Positions 36,101 through 48,100 of a stretch of 63,082 nucleotides of DNA are shown one piece after another. This DNA comes from a virus (Duplodnaviria; Caudoviricetes): positions 1 to 63,082 of the IMG/VR virus record IMGVR_UViG_3300034402_000018. One strand, 5' to 3'. Position 1 is the first letter of the stretch; every line of letters starts with the position of its first letter. The notes below the pieces were generated by a model. It made no database searches. It saw nothing but the letters and a program-made list of their open reading frames with translations, and had not been told where the DNA came from. The position numbers were made by a program, and so were the translations under genes.

Positions 36101-39100
36101 GGCACCATCTCGCCCGATAGCTGTCGAGGGCCTCACCGGCACGCCCGAGTCGGCGTCGCCCGTGGCCTGCGCCATCGCCTCTTCAGTAGCTTCTTTGATA
36201 TCGGAAGCGCTCTCGCGCACGGAGTTCAGGATACCCTCGATGAAGGACTGCCCTACCCTGATCCCCAGATTGCTGAACCCGATGCCTCTGTCCGCGTCAC
36301 CCGTCGTAGTATCGCCGAAGAGCGACTCCTCAAGAGAAGTATTGATGCTTGACCCGAACTGGTCCGCCACCGCTTTGATCGCCGCCTGGCCCGCATCGGT
36401 TGAAAGGTACGCCAGGCCCTTGGGCCCTATCAGGCGCTGCGCCAGCTCGCCGGCTTTATTGATGGGCTGGTCGTCTCCCAGTGATATACCCATCGCGAGC
36501 AGCATGGTATCGATGACATCTTGACTGTACTGGCTGACCGCTGCCTGCGCGCCGGGACCTGCCATAACGCCCAGGCCCTCCGGCCCAACGACGCCCGCGC
36601 CTGCCGCACCCGCGGCTTCCGGCATGCCCATGAGAAGACGCGTAACGGCATCCACCTGAGCCCGCACCACGTCGCGCATGGCGGGGGAACCCTCCTCCAC
36701 CCCGGCGGCCACGGCAGGGGGCACCGCCGCGCCCGCCTCCTTAGCCTCCACCGCCAACCCACTGACGCTGCGTTGCACGGGCTCTACGATGCCCTCGGCA
36801 GTAGCATTTGCAATTACGCTTTTACCTGCCTGAAGCCCCTCTGCCACTTTCTCACTAATCGTATTTGCAAGGCGCTGCATCTCGGGCCCAAACGGGCCTG
36901 CTATGCCCCCCAGGAGGCCTTTCAAACTCTCACGCAGCTGGTCGTTCAAACCGATGCGCTCGAGCAGTACGCGCCATTCTTCAGGGTGAGCAAGCAATTC
37001 TTCTCTGAGCGTGTCCCTGCCTTCTTGCGTTTTGAGGGCTTCTACGAGAGCATCCCGAATTGCTTTCTGTTGCTCGTGGGGAACAGGGTTGCCCAGGCTG
37101 GCTGGTGACAGCGCAGAGAATATCGCACTGCGCTGTACATCAGTGCCAAACAAAGGCGCAAAGGCCTGCACAACACCAGGCACCTTGAGATTTAATGGCG
37201 GTAGCACCGCCTGCACTCTGTCGGCTATACGCTCTTCGATAGGCCTCACCGCATCCACGGCTTCAGGGGCTAGGGCACGGGCCACCGCCTGCAGATCGCG
37301 CGCCGCTCGCGTTATCTCCTGTGCAGCAGCCGACTGTTCATATGCAGCTCCAATCTGGTCCCTGGCGGCCTTGTCCCAGCCCGTCACGTCCAGCACAGTA
37401 GCCGCGCCAGCTACCACGGCGCCGGCAGCGTCGAGGCCCAACGCCTTGCGGATAGCCTCTACCTCGCTACCTCCAAATACGCCGCTTCCCAGAATGGCGT
37501 TAAGGCGCTCAAGCGTGGCTCCCGACCCGGTAGCCGTAGGCTCGCCCTTCTCGCCCACCGTGCCTCGCACCGCTCTCGCCAACTTCTCAAGGAAAGCCGG
37601 GTCTTCGAAGAAGCGAGCAAGCTCTTCGCGGGTGCCACCGGCAGCGGCGAGTATCAGGAAATGAACCACGTCCGCATCCACCCCCACCTGGGGAACAAAG
37701 CTATCTGGAGGGATAAGGCCCTCGACTATTTCGGCTGCGGACAGGTTGAGGCCCGCCCTATCCGCCAGGCGCACCACCTTTTCCACCAGAGCAACCATCG
37801 TCTCCATGTCGCCGTTAAGCAGGTCCAGCTGGGCCTTGGCAAGCTCGATGTCTAAACGGTTCCGGTCAACGAACTGCTGCACCCTCTGAGTAGAGCTCAA
37901 GGGCTCAGTCCCAGGCAGCTTAGGCGGCGGCGTCTCAGTGGACACGCGCTTGGCGGCATCCTTGATGGATTTCTCCGCGGCCATGCGCTTCTCGATCGCC
38001 TCGGTCTCTTTGTTGAGCGCGTCGATCCGCGTCTGAGTATTGGCGACCGCATCGGTCGTTCGGTCGATCTCTTGCTGGCGCAGGCGGTCTGCTACTTCAA
38101 ACTGGCCCTTGAGTATTTCAAGCTCGTTCTCAAGAGGCTTGGTTACTGCATCAGATTTTCGCTGGGCCGCCTTCTCCGCCCGCTCCATCGTCTCGATCTG
38201 GAGGTTCAGGCCATCGATAATCTCATCTATGGTCTGGTTAAACTGCCCCTTCTCCTCTTTGATCCCGTCGAGGGCCTTGCCCTGCTTTTCGAAAAGTATG
38301 TCATACGAGGACTTAAAGGTATCCAGTTGGCGCTGGGCCGCGCGCTCGGCGCCCTCCGCAGCCGCAAGCTCCTGGCCCTGCAGCGCAGCCACGTCTTCTT
38401 TGGTGCGGCCCAGCAGGTCGAGGAAGGCCTGGGCCACCTTTATCTTGGCGGCGGTCGCAAGGATAGAGGCATCGCGGTCGGCCTCCACCTTTTCGCGGTT
38501 CGCCGCCAGCAACTCGCCTTCGCGCTCCAGGCGATCGGCATTGCGAGCGCCGTCACGCTGTATATCTTCCAGGCGCTCTTTGGCGGCGCGCTGCTGCTCC
38601 TCGGCCTCGTCACGTATACGCTCGGCCTCATCGGCCTGCACCTGGAGGAGGGCGCGCCTTGCGGCAATGTCGTTCTCAAAGTTGAGGCGCGACTGCTCCT
38701 TCTCCTCTTGAAGGCGCTTGACCTCTTCCTGGTCGCCACGTTGGCGGGCAGCCAGGATACGCTGCTCGAAGTCGAGGTCGCGCTTATTCTGCTCGCGCTG
38801 AGCTGCCTTGATCTCCTTGGAAGTGCCACGCACCGCGGCATCCCGTACCTTGAGCTCGGCGCGGTACTTATCCTCGATGCGGTCGATCTCCTCTTGCTGG
38901 AGGCGCACATTCTCGCGCAGATCGAGCTGGGCCGACTTGACCACCGCCGCGTGGGCTTTCTCGGCCGCGGTCGCCCGGTCTATGAGCGATGCGTAGCTCT
39001 CCTCCTTGCGGGCACGCTCGTCCTGCAGGTCCGCGATCACCCTCTGCTCGTGGAGGTTGGCCACCTCAAAGGAGGCCGCCACCGCCGCCTGCTGGGTGCG

Positions 39101-42100
39101 CAGGTCCTCGAGCGCGCTAGATGCCCGGTCGTGCGCCGCCTCAAAAGCCTTCAGCACCGGGTCAAATTGGGCGTGGAAACCCTTGATGGTCCCTTCCTGG
39201 TTGAAAATGCGAGCATCGGCGGCTCGATTGAAGAGACGCTTCTCAAAATTGAGATCGTCTACCCGGTCTTTTACGGCATCGATCTGCAGTCGCGCCGCAT
39301 CCGCCTCTTTCTCGCGGGCGTCAGTGAGCTTCTTGATGGCGGCCGTCTTATCTTCAATCGTCTGCTGCTCGGCGCGTGAGCGGCGCGTGTCCTCCAGCTG
39401 CAGAGCCTTGAGGGCCCTCTGCTGGCTCTCGAGATTGCTCTGCTCCCCCACCAGGGCGGCCAGATCCTGGCCCAGCTTGGTGATCTCAGCATCCTCGAAG
39501 ATATTGGGTATCTTGAGGCGCTCGCCGAGGTTGTCGATCACCGCCTGTATCTGGGCCACGCTCGGCGCATCGCCCAGCTTCGCAAGCTCCGATAAGAAGA
39601 CCTCCCGGAAACGGGCGGCTATAGTGGCCGCGGGCCGCCCCGCCTCGGCGTCGACCGCTAGGCGCTGGTCTAGGTCATCGAGGAAGCGCTTGAGCACATC
39701 GAGCGCCGGCCCCTGCAGGCCGTTGATCAAGTCCTCTTCGGAGCCAGGCTCGAAGCCCACGATCTTGCCGGAGACCTTGATAGGCACCGGCACGTCAGCG
39801 ATATCGTTCGGTATCTGCGCGATCTGCGCGCGCAGCATGTCCTCGATCTCGGTCTTGAACCCAGCCTCTTTGCCCTTGGCTATCTCGATCTGAAGGTGCT
39901 CCGCCGACACCTTCAAGTCGATTACTTGCTTGCCGAAGTTAGCCGACTTTGCAGCTTTGGCCTGGGCCTCCTGGAAGATCTCCGACATGACCTTGCTCAT
40001 CTGGTCGGAGATCTCGTTGGATCTCGTAAAATCGAAGCCGATATCGCCCTGGGTGGGATCGAGGTTGAACTTCATCTCTGAGAGGAAGATTTGCAGCCTC
40101 TTGAGCTCGCCGCCCACCTGATCGACTATGGTAGGCATCAGGCGTGCAAAAGAGAGAATGCCGTCCTGCGCCGAGAAGAACCCTTCTCGGGCCCTTCGAG
40201 CAACGCCCCCTATCAAATCGCCCAGTGTCTCGGCGGCGCGTATCATACCGGAGTCCTGCAGCAGGTTGGCCGCGCCCTCCAGGAACTTCTTGAGCTCATC
40301 AGTAAGGGGGGCGCCGATACGCCCGACGAAGATGGTGAGCACATCACCGAAATTGGCCAGCCGCCCGTTGAAAGTGTCCATCTGAGCCAACAGCGCCCCG
40401 CCGTAGAGCCTGTTCATGCCCCGGATCAAGGCGTCGACGCCCTCCTTCGAGTTGATGGCCTGGCGGCCGATGTCGAACACCTGGTCGGCGGTCAGGCCCA
40501 GCTCACGCTGCAAGATCGCAAAGGCGGGAATACCGGCCTCCGCCAACTGGCGCAGGTCCTGGGAGATGAGGACATTCTTAGCGCGGATCTGCCCGTAAGC
40601 CAGGATCACCCGGTTGAGCGTATCTTTGTCGCCTCCCACGGCAGCCACCGCCGCACCCAGCGTGCGGAATACGGGCAACACCTCGTTGGCGGCAACACCC
40701 ATGGCCAGCAAGCGCTTGGTGGCGCCCAGCAGCTCGTCCACGTTGAAGGGGGTGGAGGTCGCGAACTTGAGGATGTCCTCGGAGAGTCTTGCAGCCTCCC
40801 TGCCGCCCTTCACGAACACCCGCAGGCCGACTGTCGCCGTCTCCATGCGGGCGTTGAAGCCGATGAGGGCATCACCTATATTGGTGAGGCCCGATCTGAG
40901 CGCGTAAGATGCCTGGAGAAGAGCCGATCCTATAACGCCACCTACGATGCCGGAGCGAAGCGACCCGCCGCCCCTGCCACCCAGGAAGCCGGACCCCGCC
41001 ATCTTCTGCTCGACGTTCCCTACCGCCTGGCCCAGCTTGCCCAGGACAGGTATGAGGCCCAGGAAATTGCCCTTGCCCTGCTTCTCGAAGCGAGCGGTCT
41101 CGTTGGTGAGCTTGCGTATGCGCGCCTCAACTCGCTCGGCCGCCCTGTCGAGGCCTTTGTAGGCAGCCACCTGGTCGGCTGTAGCCCGGCCCCCACCCGC
41201 CGAATCTATCAGGTGCAGCTGCTCCGCGCGCAGCCCTTTGAGCGTGACCTGCAGCTTTTCGACCGCCGCCTTCTGCTCGATGTACTTGCGCGTCCTGAAA
41301 TCGAATTGATCCAGGCCTGCCCGCGCATTATCCAGGGGTCCAGTCTTTAAGAGGTCGGGCACCGTGCCCCTGCCTGCCAACGCTGCAACACCGGGGACCG
41401 CAGCAAGCGGGTTAAGATCACCCTTGAGAACACGAGCCGCTGCCACCGCCCCCTGCAGCACGCGCTCAAAGCGCGTCATATTATGCGTCGAGCGAGCTAA
41501 CGTATCTTCTATATTGGCGAAGGCCGTCGCCTGGGCCCTGGCAGCAATCGCCCCCTCATTGATGCGCGCCGACTCGATCTCGATGGCACGCGAGCGCTCG
41601 CCCACGGTCTTTTCGGTGAGATCGCGCTCCAGGTTGGCCTGACGCTGCAGGTGCTTCTCCAACTGGTCGTGCTGCCCGGTGACCTTGCGAAGCTCAACCT
41701 CGATCTCTTTGTAGCGGTCGCGGGCAGCGGCGATCTCTTTGGTGACCAGCTTGCCGTCCCGCAGCAGGCCCTGGAGGGCCGACCCTTCGATCTCGAGGGC
41801 GGCCCTGCGCTCCTTGAGAATGGCAAGCTCGTCAAAGCCGGCCGCCAGCTTACCTCGCACGTCGAAGAGGGTATTCTGGCGCTCCGTGGCATTGCGCTGT
41901 CGCGCCGCTGCCTGCAGGTCCGCCAGAGAGCCTGAAAACCTCTTGCCGTCTTTGTCTATCCCGCCGAACACCCTGTCAAAATCATCGACCGGTATAGTGG
42001 GCCCTGTCTTCAGCGTAGAAAAGGCAACCTTGACCTGGCGAATAGCGTCTTCGATCTCATCGACATGCTTCTGCAAAATGGCAGTGGGCAACAACGCTGC

Positions 42101-45100
42101 GGCTGCCGCAGCAAGCTCAGCTCGCTTACTCAACAACGTCGCCTCGAGGTCGTCTATCAACCCCCCGGCAAACGTGCGTACAGCCGCGTCCGCATCGGTC
42201 ACCAGCCCCGCATTCACCGCCTGCTTTATATGGTTGATGGTGACCCGGATATCCTTGAGCAACTCAGCGCCCAGGTTGTACCCCTCGAAGCCTACCAGCA
42301 GGCCCGCCGCCATCGCCTCACCTATGTGGCGGGTAACGCGGGAAGGGGACTTAATCTGGAGCACATCTTCCATGTCCGTAATGAGCAGGCGCATCTGGGT
42401 GCGTATCTCTTCGCGCGTACCCTCAAAGCCTATGTGCGCCCCTTCGGTCATGCCCTCGCCCAGGGCCTCCCCCGCGTGAACGCCCGCCGCCCGCATAACC
42501 GCAGCATCGTCGGCGCGTATGCCCGCGCCCAGCAGCTTGATATCGGTGACGGGCGGCCCAATATGGCGTGTCGCCCCGCCCTGCACAGGACCACCCGGTA
42601 TCCGCTCGAAACGCTGTATGGTGGCGCGGCCAAGCTCGGTGCCGAAATCCGAGCGCTTTTTCGCCACCAGATTGCCCAGCTCCTCGAGCTTGTCGTCGCT
42701 CACCCGGCCCAAGAGACGGGCACCGTCGGTGTAGAAGGCGGCCACCTTCTTACCCAGGAGGACCGCCGCGCCCAGGTTGAACGCCAGAGCGTTGTCAAAG
42801 GCGTCGGCACCCTCGCGCACCAGGGCGACCACAGTGTCGGCCTGCTCAGCTATGGCCAGCGATTTTTCAACGCCCGCGGCCTCTCGGGTCAGGCGGCCGG
42901 TTTCGCTCTTGGCGCGCCGCACGATCTCGCCTACGCTGGAGAGCTGGCCCTGGGCGTTCAGCACCTGTTTGTCCCAGACGGCATTCACCATATCCACAGG
43001 ATTGGCATCCACCATCAACGCGCGCAGCAGGCTGCCGATCTTGCGCTGCTGGGCGCCCGATGCATCCACGATAGAGCGGCCTATAGGGTCGGCGCCCGCC
43101 TCCGCGACGGCTTGCTGTAATAGATTGCGAAGCGCGCCCGCCGAAACATCCATCATCCTGGCAGAGGTCAGGAAGGCCGCATCGACCGCTCTCTTAGTCT
43201 CCTCCTTTGCAACCGCTTCCAGCCTTTCGACAGCTTCTTCCACGGGGGCTGATAACCGCGCCACGCCCTCAGGCTCGACCACCTGCACATTCTCGATACG
43301 CCCACCTATGGCCTTGAAGACCTGGTCATTGAGACGCTTGAGCCGGGCAGCGTGGTCCGTGCCCTCGAAGCGCTGAAGCGCCTGGGCGAGGGCCACATCT
43401 CGCAGGCCGCCGCCGCCGGCAGCGAGTCCCGCGGCCTGCAGCTTGGCGTGAACGCCGGCGAGGGTGGCCTCCCAGTCCTGCAGGTTCTGCCCTTCGGCCA
43501 GCAACAGTGCCTGGATGGCCGCATCCTCGCGAATGATACCCTCTACCGCGGCGCGCATCTCCGCTTGCCTGGTTGCAAGCTCGGCAAGCTGCTGGCCCCG
43601 CAGCTGCTCCTGGAGCTTCGGCTCCCGGCCCGACCTTATACGCACCTGCTGAGAGGTGTCGCCCAGGAAGAAGCCCGATGCCGGGTTCCTGGGGTCGAAA
43701 GCATCGATACCTTCCTGGTCGGGGCTGCGCTGGAACTGGCCGAAAGCACCCTCGGTAAAACGACGCAAGAAAGCGGAGCGGGCCAGGGAGATGCCGGCAC
43801 GCTGCAGGTCCTCGAACCGAAACTGCACGTAACCGCGCATGAAGTCCTGGACAAACTCCGTGAGACCAGCTTTCTCCAGGGCAGACGCCAGATCATGGGC
43901 GCCCTGTGCAGCTAAAGCGTCAAAATCAAAGTCCAGGTCCTCTTGTTTGCCGATTTCGGCAGAGAACTCCTTAGCGAAGGTGGCCACCTTGAAGCCGGCT
44001 GGGGAGGCGGGGATAATCGCGCGCCCGCCCAGTATCTTGAGCGCATCGCGCAGGTCGTCGGGCGTGCTCGTAGGCACCTTGTTATTGAGGAGGGCCCGCA
44101 GCACCACGGCGGGCTGCTGCTGAACGTAGTCGTTGACTAAGGCCTGCATGCGGCGTAGGTTGGCCTCTATTACGGGCCTGCGGCGTCTGACCTCTTCGGA
44201 GAGGGGGTTGAAGCGCACGCGGTGCACCTGGGGCTCCGTGGTTGCGCGTCGTCTGGCATCGGCCTGCAGATCGCGGCGCAGATCCTCCTCGACCTCCCGC
44301 ACGAACTCCTCGTCCTTGGAGAGGATGTCAGCAGCCTGAGAGATACGCTTCGTATCGCCATCTACGATGCGCGCCGCCATCCCCTGCAAATTGGAAGGAT
44401 TAGCCTTGAGGCCCCGCACACGGGCCAGCTCCGCCGCCGCCTGAGCCACGCGCTCCCTGGCGCCCTCAAGATCGGCGTCAAAAGCGCTGGAGGCGCGCGC
44501 CCTGGCCTGCGCCGGGGCCAGGGCGCCAGACCTGATCGCCGGGCCCAGCGCCTGCAGAAAGGCCCGCTTACCCTCAACCAGGCGGCCCAGGGCCTTCTGC
44601 GCATCGGTGACCTCATCCTGCACATCCTTAAAAGCCTTGTTGAGGCTGTTGTCGAGTGCGGCCTGCGCCTCGCGTGCCCCCACCAGGTCGATGGCCAGCT
44701 GGCGAGCGGGAGCCGGGGAGAGGCCGCCCTGGAGGGCCCGGGCGCGGGCGCGCCGTCGCAGCTCGCCCGACTCGCGCTGCCGCTCTATCTCCGCCTCTAC
44801 CTGCAGCGCAATGCTGTTGCGGGCGCGTATCTCCTCGCGCTCGCGCTCTATGGCGTCTTGTAACGCCGATTGGTTCAGGTCACGCGCGCGAGCCTGAGAA
44901 GCTGCCACAGGCACGGGGCGCATCAAGAAGAGGGTGCGGTCGCCCCCGGCTATGCGCCGGCGGGCCGCCTCGTGTCCCTGCGGATCCTCCTGGAAAAGCC
45001 TAAAGAGCGATTCCTGGTGGCGGACATCGCGCAGGCTGGCAAACTGGGGTCCGCGCTCCTTGGGGGCCCTGGCCAGCAATGCATCCTGCTCTCGGATCGC

Positions 45101-48100
45101 CGTATTCAAGGCCTCGGAGAGGAGGGCCTGCTGCTCCCGGCCGCGCCTGCGCGCCTCTACCAGAAGCAGACGGGTGGAGTCCACGCCCAGCGTTTTCGAG
45201 AGCGCCGTCAGCATGCGCTGGTTGCCGGGGCCGAACGCCTGCAAACGGCGCACAGAAGCACGGGCCTGGCCAATGAAGGCTTGCTCCTGCTCGGCCATGC
45301 GCACCAGGCCCTCGCGCTCGGCGGCTATTCGGCCCAGCCACTTCTCGCGGCCCGCCTCGTCGCGGGCCGCCTCGGCGTTGAGGGTGAAGAGCCTGACGGC
45401 ATCGGCGACGTCTCGCTGCCTTTTACGCAGCTTCTCAATCTCGTGCAGTATGTCGCCGAGACCCGCGAACCCGAAGCCTGCGTCGGCCGTGAGCTTATTG
45501 AGATCGTCAAAGAGGGCGAGCGCGCTCCCCTCGAGAGGCCTGCCGCTGGCCACCGACCTCTGCAGGAAGCCCTGCAGCGTGCCTATAACACGCTGTATCG
45601 GCTCCCCGCCTATCCTGGGCGTATGGTTCTCGGCGACCAACCGCCGGACCTCGGCCTCGAAAGCCGCAAGGCCCGCCTCATTGGCCCCACGCGGTGCCGG
45701 TGGCTTCGCACCTGCTCGCCCCACCATGAGGGCCATGCGGCGCACCAGGGCATCCGAGGAGAGCGAGAGGGGGTCGCGGTTGGGGTCGCGCACGTCCAGC
45801 ACCGACTGCACGTCGGCCGGGATAAACGTACCGGCGGCGCCGGATGCCTGCCGTAGGCGCTCGGCTTTGGCCTCGATCGATACAGCCAGGCGCTGCTGCT
45901 TATCGAAGAGATCTATTACAGTGGCGGCCGCCACGTTGTCACCGCGCAGCTTGACCGCCAGCTGCCTGAACTGGCGCGTCTCGAGGTCTATCTCCTGCTT
46001 GAGAGACTCGATCTCCGAAAGCCCGCCCACCAGGCGCTTCGAGCTGGGGTCGCCGGGGTTGCGCAGGGGCCTGGTGCGGGTAACCCCGACAAGGGCGGCC
46101 TTGCCCCTCTGCACCAGAAAGCGGTCGATGGCGAGAGCCCCCTGCCCCCTGGCCAGCGCTAAGTCCTGCTCGTCGAAGCGGTCAGCCTCGGAGCCCAGGT
46201 TAGCCTGGTCAACGCGGGCAAGCATCTGGCGGTTGATCGCCTCGAAACGCTCCAGCTTGCGCTCAAACTCGGCGAACCGCCTCTCGGCACCCGCGGGGCG
46301 CGGCAGGCGCCTATCGGAAAGGCCCAGCTCCGAGAGGCTGCGCGCTTCAAGCATCGCAAGGCCCGCCTCAAGGGAGGCGATACGGGCCAGCGCCCCCGCG
46401 TGCTCACGCTCAGCAATAACAAGCTGACCCTCTTTGCCCTTGGAGCCTACAATCAACTGCTCAAGCCGAGCGCGCTTGTCAGGGTCGTCAGGCCCCCGTA
46501 CCAGCTGGTCGGTGAGGCGCTTCGCCTCGGCTTGGCGAGTACGTAACTGCGCCCCCAGGCGGGGCAGGTCGCTCTGCAGGGCGAGGAGAGCCGTATGCAT
46601 ATCGACGACCGACCCACCGAATTCCGCTATGGTGCGCAGAACGTGGGGCGTGCGGGACCTCGATAACTGCGTCAAGTCGAGCAACGCATCTGTGGCGACG
46701 GTCGTGGTGCCGGTGGCAGCAGCAGCCGTACCCAGCCAGGCATCAAGTGCCCGGCGGGTCCCCTCACCTACCCGCTGGCCCACCTGATCGGCTACCTGCT
46801 GGGTAGCTTTGAGGGCGGCCGCCGAGATCGCGGGCGCCGCCCGCTCCATGTCCTTGAGCGTCTCACGCAGGAACATCTCCGAGGCATTCCGGGGCAGCTG
46901 CACCCGGCGCGCCGTGCCCGTGGGGTCCACCGCGGTAACGTTGGCTGAGTTCACGTCCTGGGCTAGACCCCGCAGCAGCGTGTTGCGCAGGGCCGCCGCC
47001 TGCTTGGGCGTGACCCCTCCCACCGCCTGTGCCGTAGTGAGGCGCTCGAGAGACCGGAGAGCATGCCCGATCTCCCCGATGGCCCGGCTCTGCGTGGAGA
47101 GATCGGAGAGGAGCTCCCCCGCCCGCAACAGCTTCCTGTTGAGGCCCTCGTCCAGGTCGATCTCGTTGAGCAGGCGCATCTCACGCTCGACGTCGTGTAG
47201 TTCTTCAGAGGCCCTGGCAGAGTGCTGCTCGATGCGCAGGATAGAAGCCTCTACCTCCTTGAGCACCGCCTTATCGTCGTCGGGGTCGACGAAGGTTGGG
47301 GATTTGACGCGCAGGCCTCTGTCGCCCTGCTCGAACTGGCGTAGCGCATCGAAATTGGCGCGGCGTATGGCGGTAGAGCGCAGCAGCCCCAGCCCCTCGG
47401 CGCTCTGGATATTGGGGTGCTCGAGGATCGCCGCACGGTCTGCGCGCAGCTCTTCAATAGCTTTGTCGTTCTCGCGCACCGTGCGGCGCAGGTCCTCGCT
47501 GCGGCCGGAGAGGAGACGCTTGCGCTCGGCGGCGGCCGCGAGCTGGGCCGCAGTAATGGAACGCTCCGACTCCTCCACCATCGTGAGGAAAGCGTTGTAG
47601 GCCTGACCGAGGGCCGTCTTATTGCTCTCGAGACCCGCTCGCACCTCTCTGCCCGCGTGCAGCAGGCTTTGCCCGATCTGCTTGCGCACCGAATCGTCTA
47701 TCTCGGCGAGCGCGGGCCCTATCTCGCGCTGAAACTCGGCAACCAATTCCTGGCGCAGACCCTGAAGCTCCCGGCGGGTGCGGGCGCCCACGTCTTTTGC
47801 CAACGAAAGGGCGCCCCTCGAAAGGAGGGAGAAGGTATCGAAGGAGGGGAGCTTGCGGCCCATGGTGACGAAGATATCGTCAGCCAGGCGCTGGTACTCC
47901 TGGAGGGTGGTTTTGGAGGTGATCAGCCCCTTCTGGAAGGCATCGAGCTTGAAAATATCAGGGTCGAGGTCATTTATATCCTCGAGGACGCGCTTGTACC
48001 TGGCGAAGGCGACCGTGCTCTGGGTGGCCTCGGTGCGCAGGCGAGCTATCTCGCGGGAGGCCTTTTCGGCCACTACGCGGATGCGCCTGGGGACCTCCTT

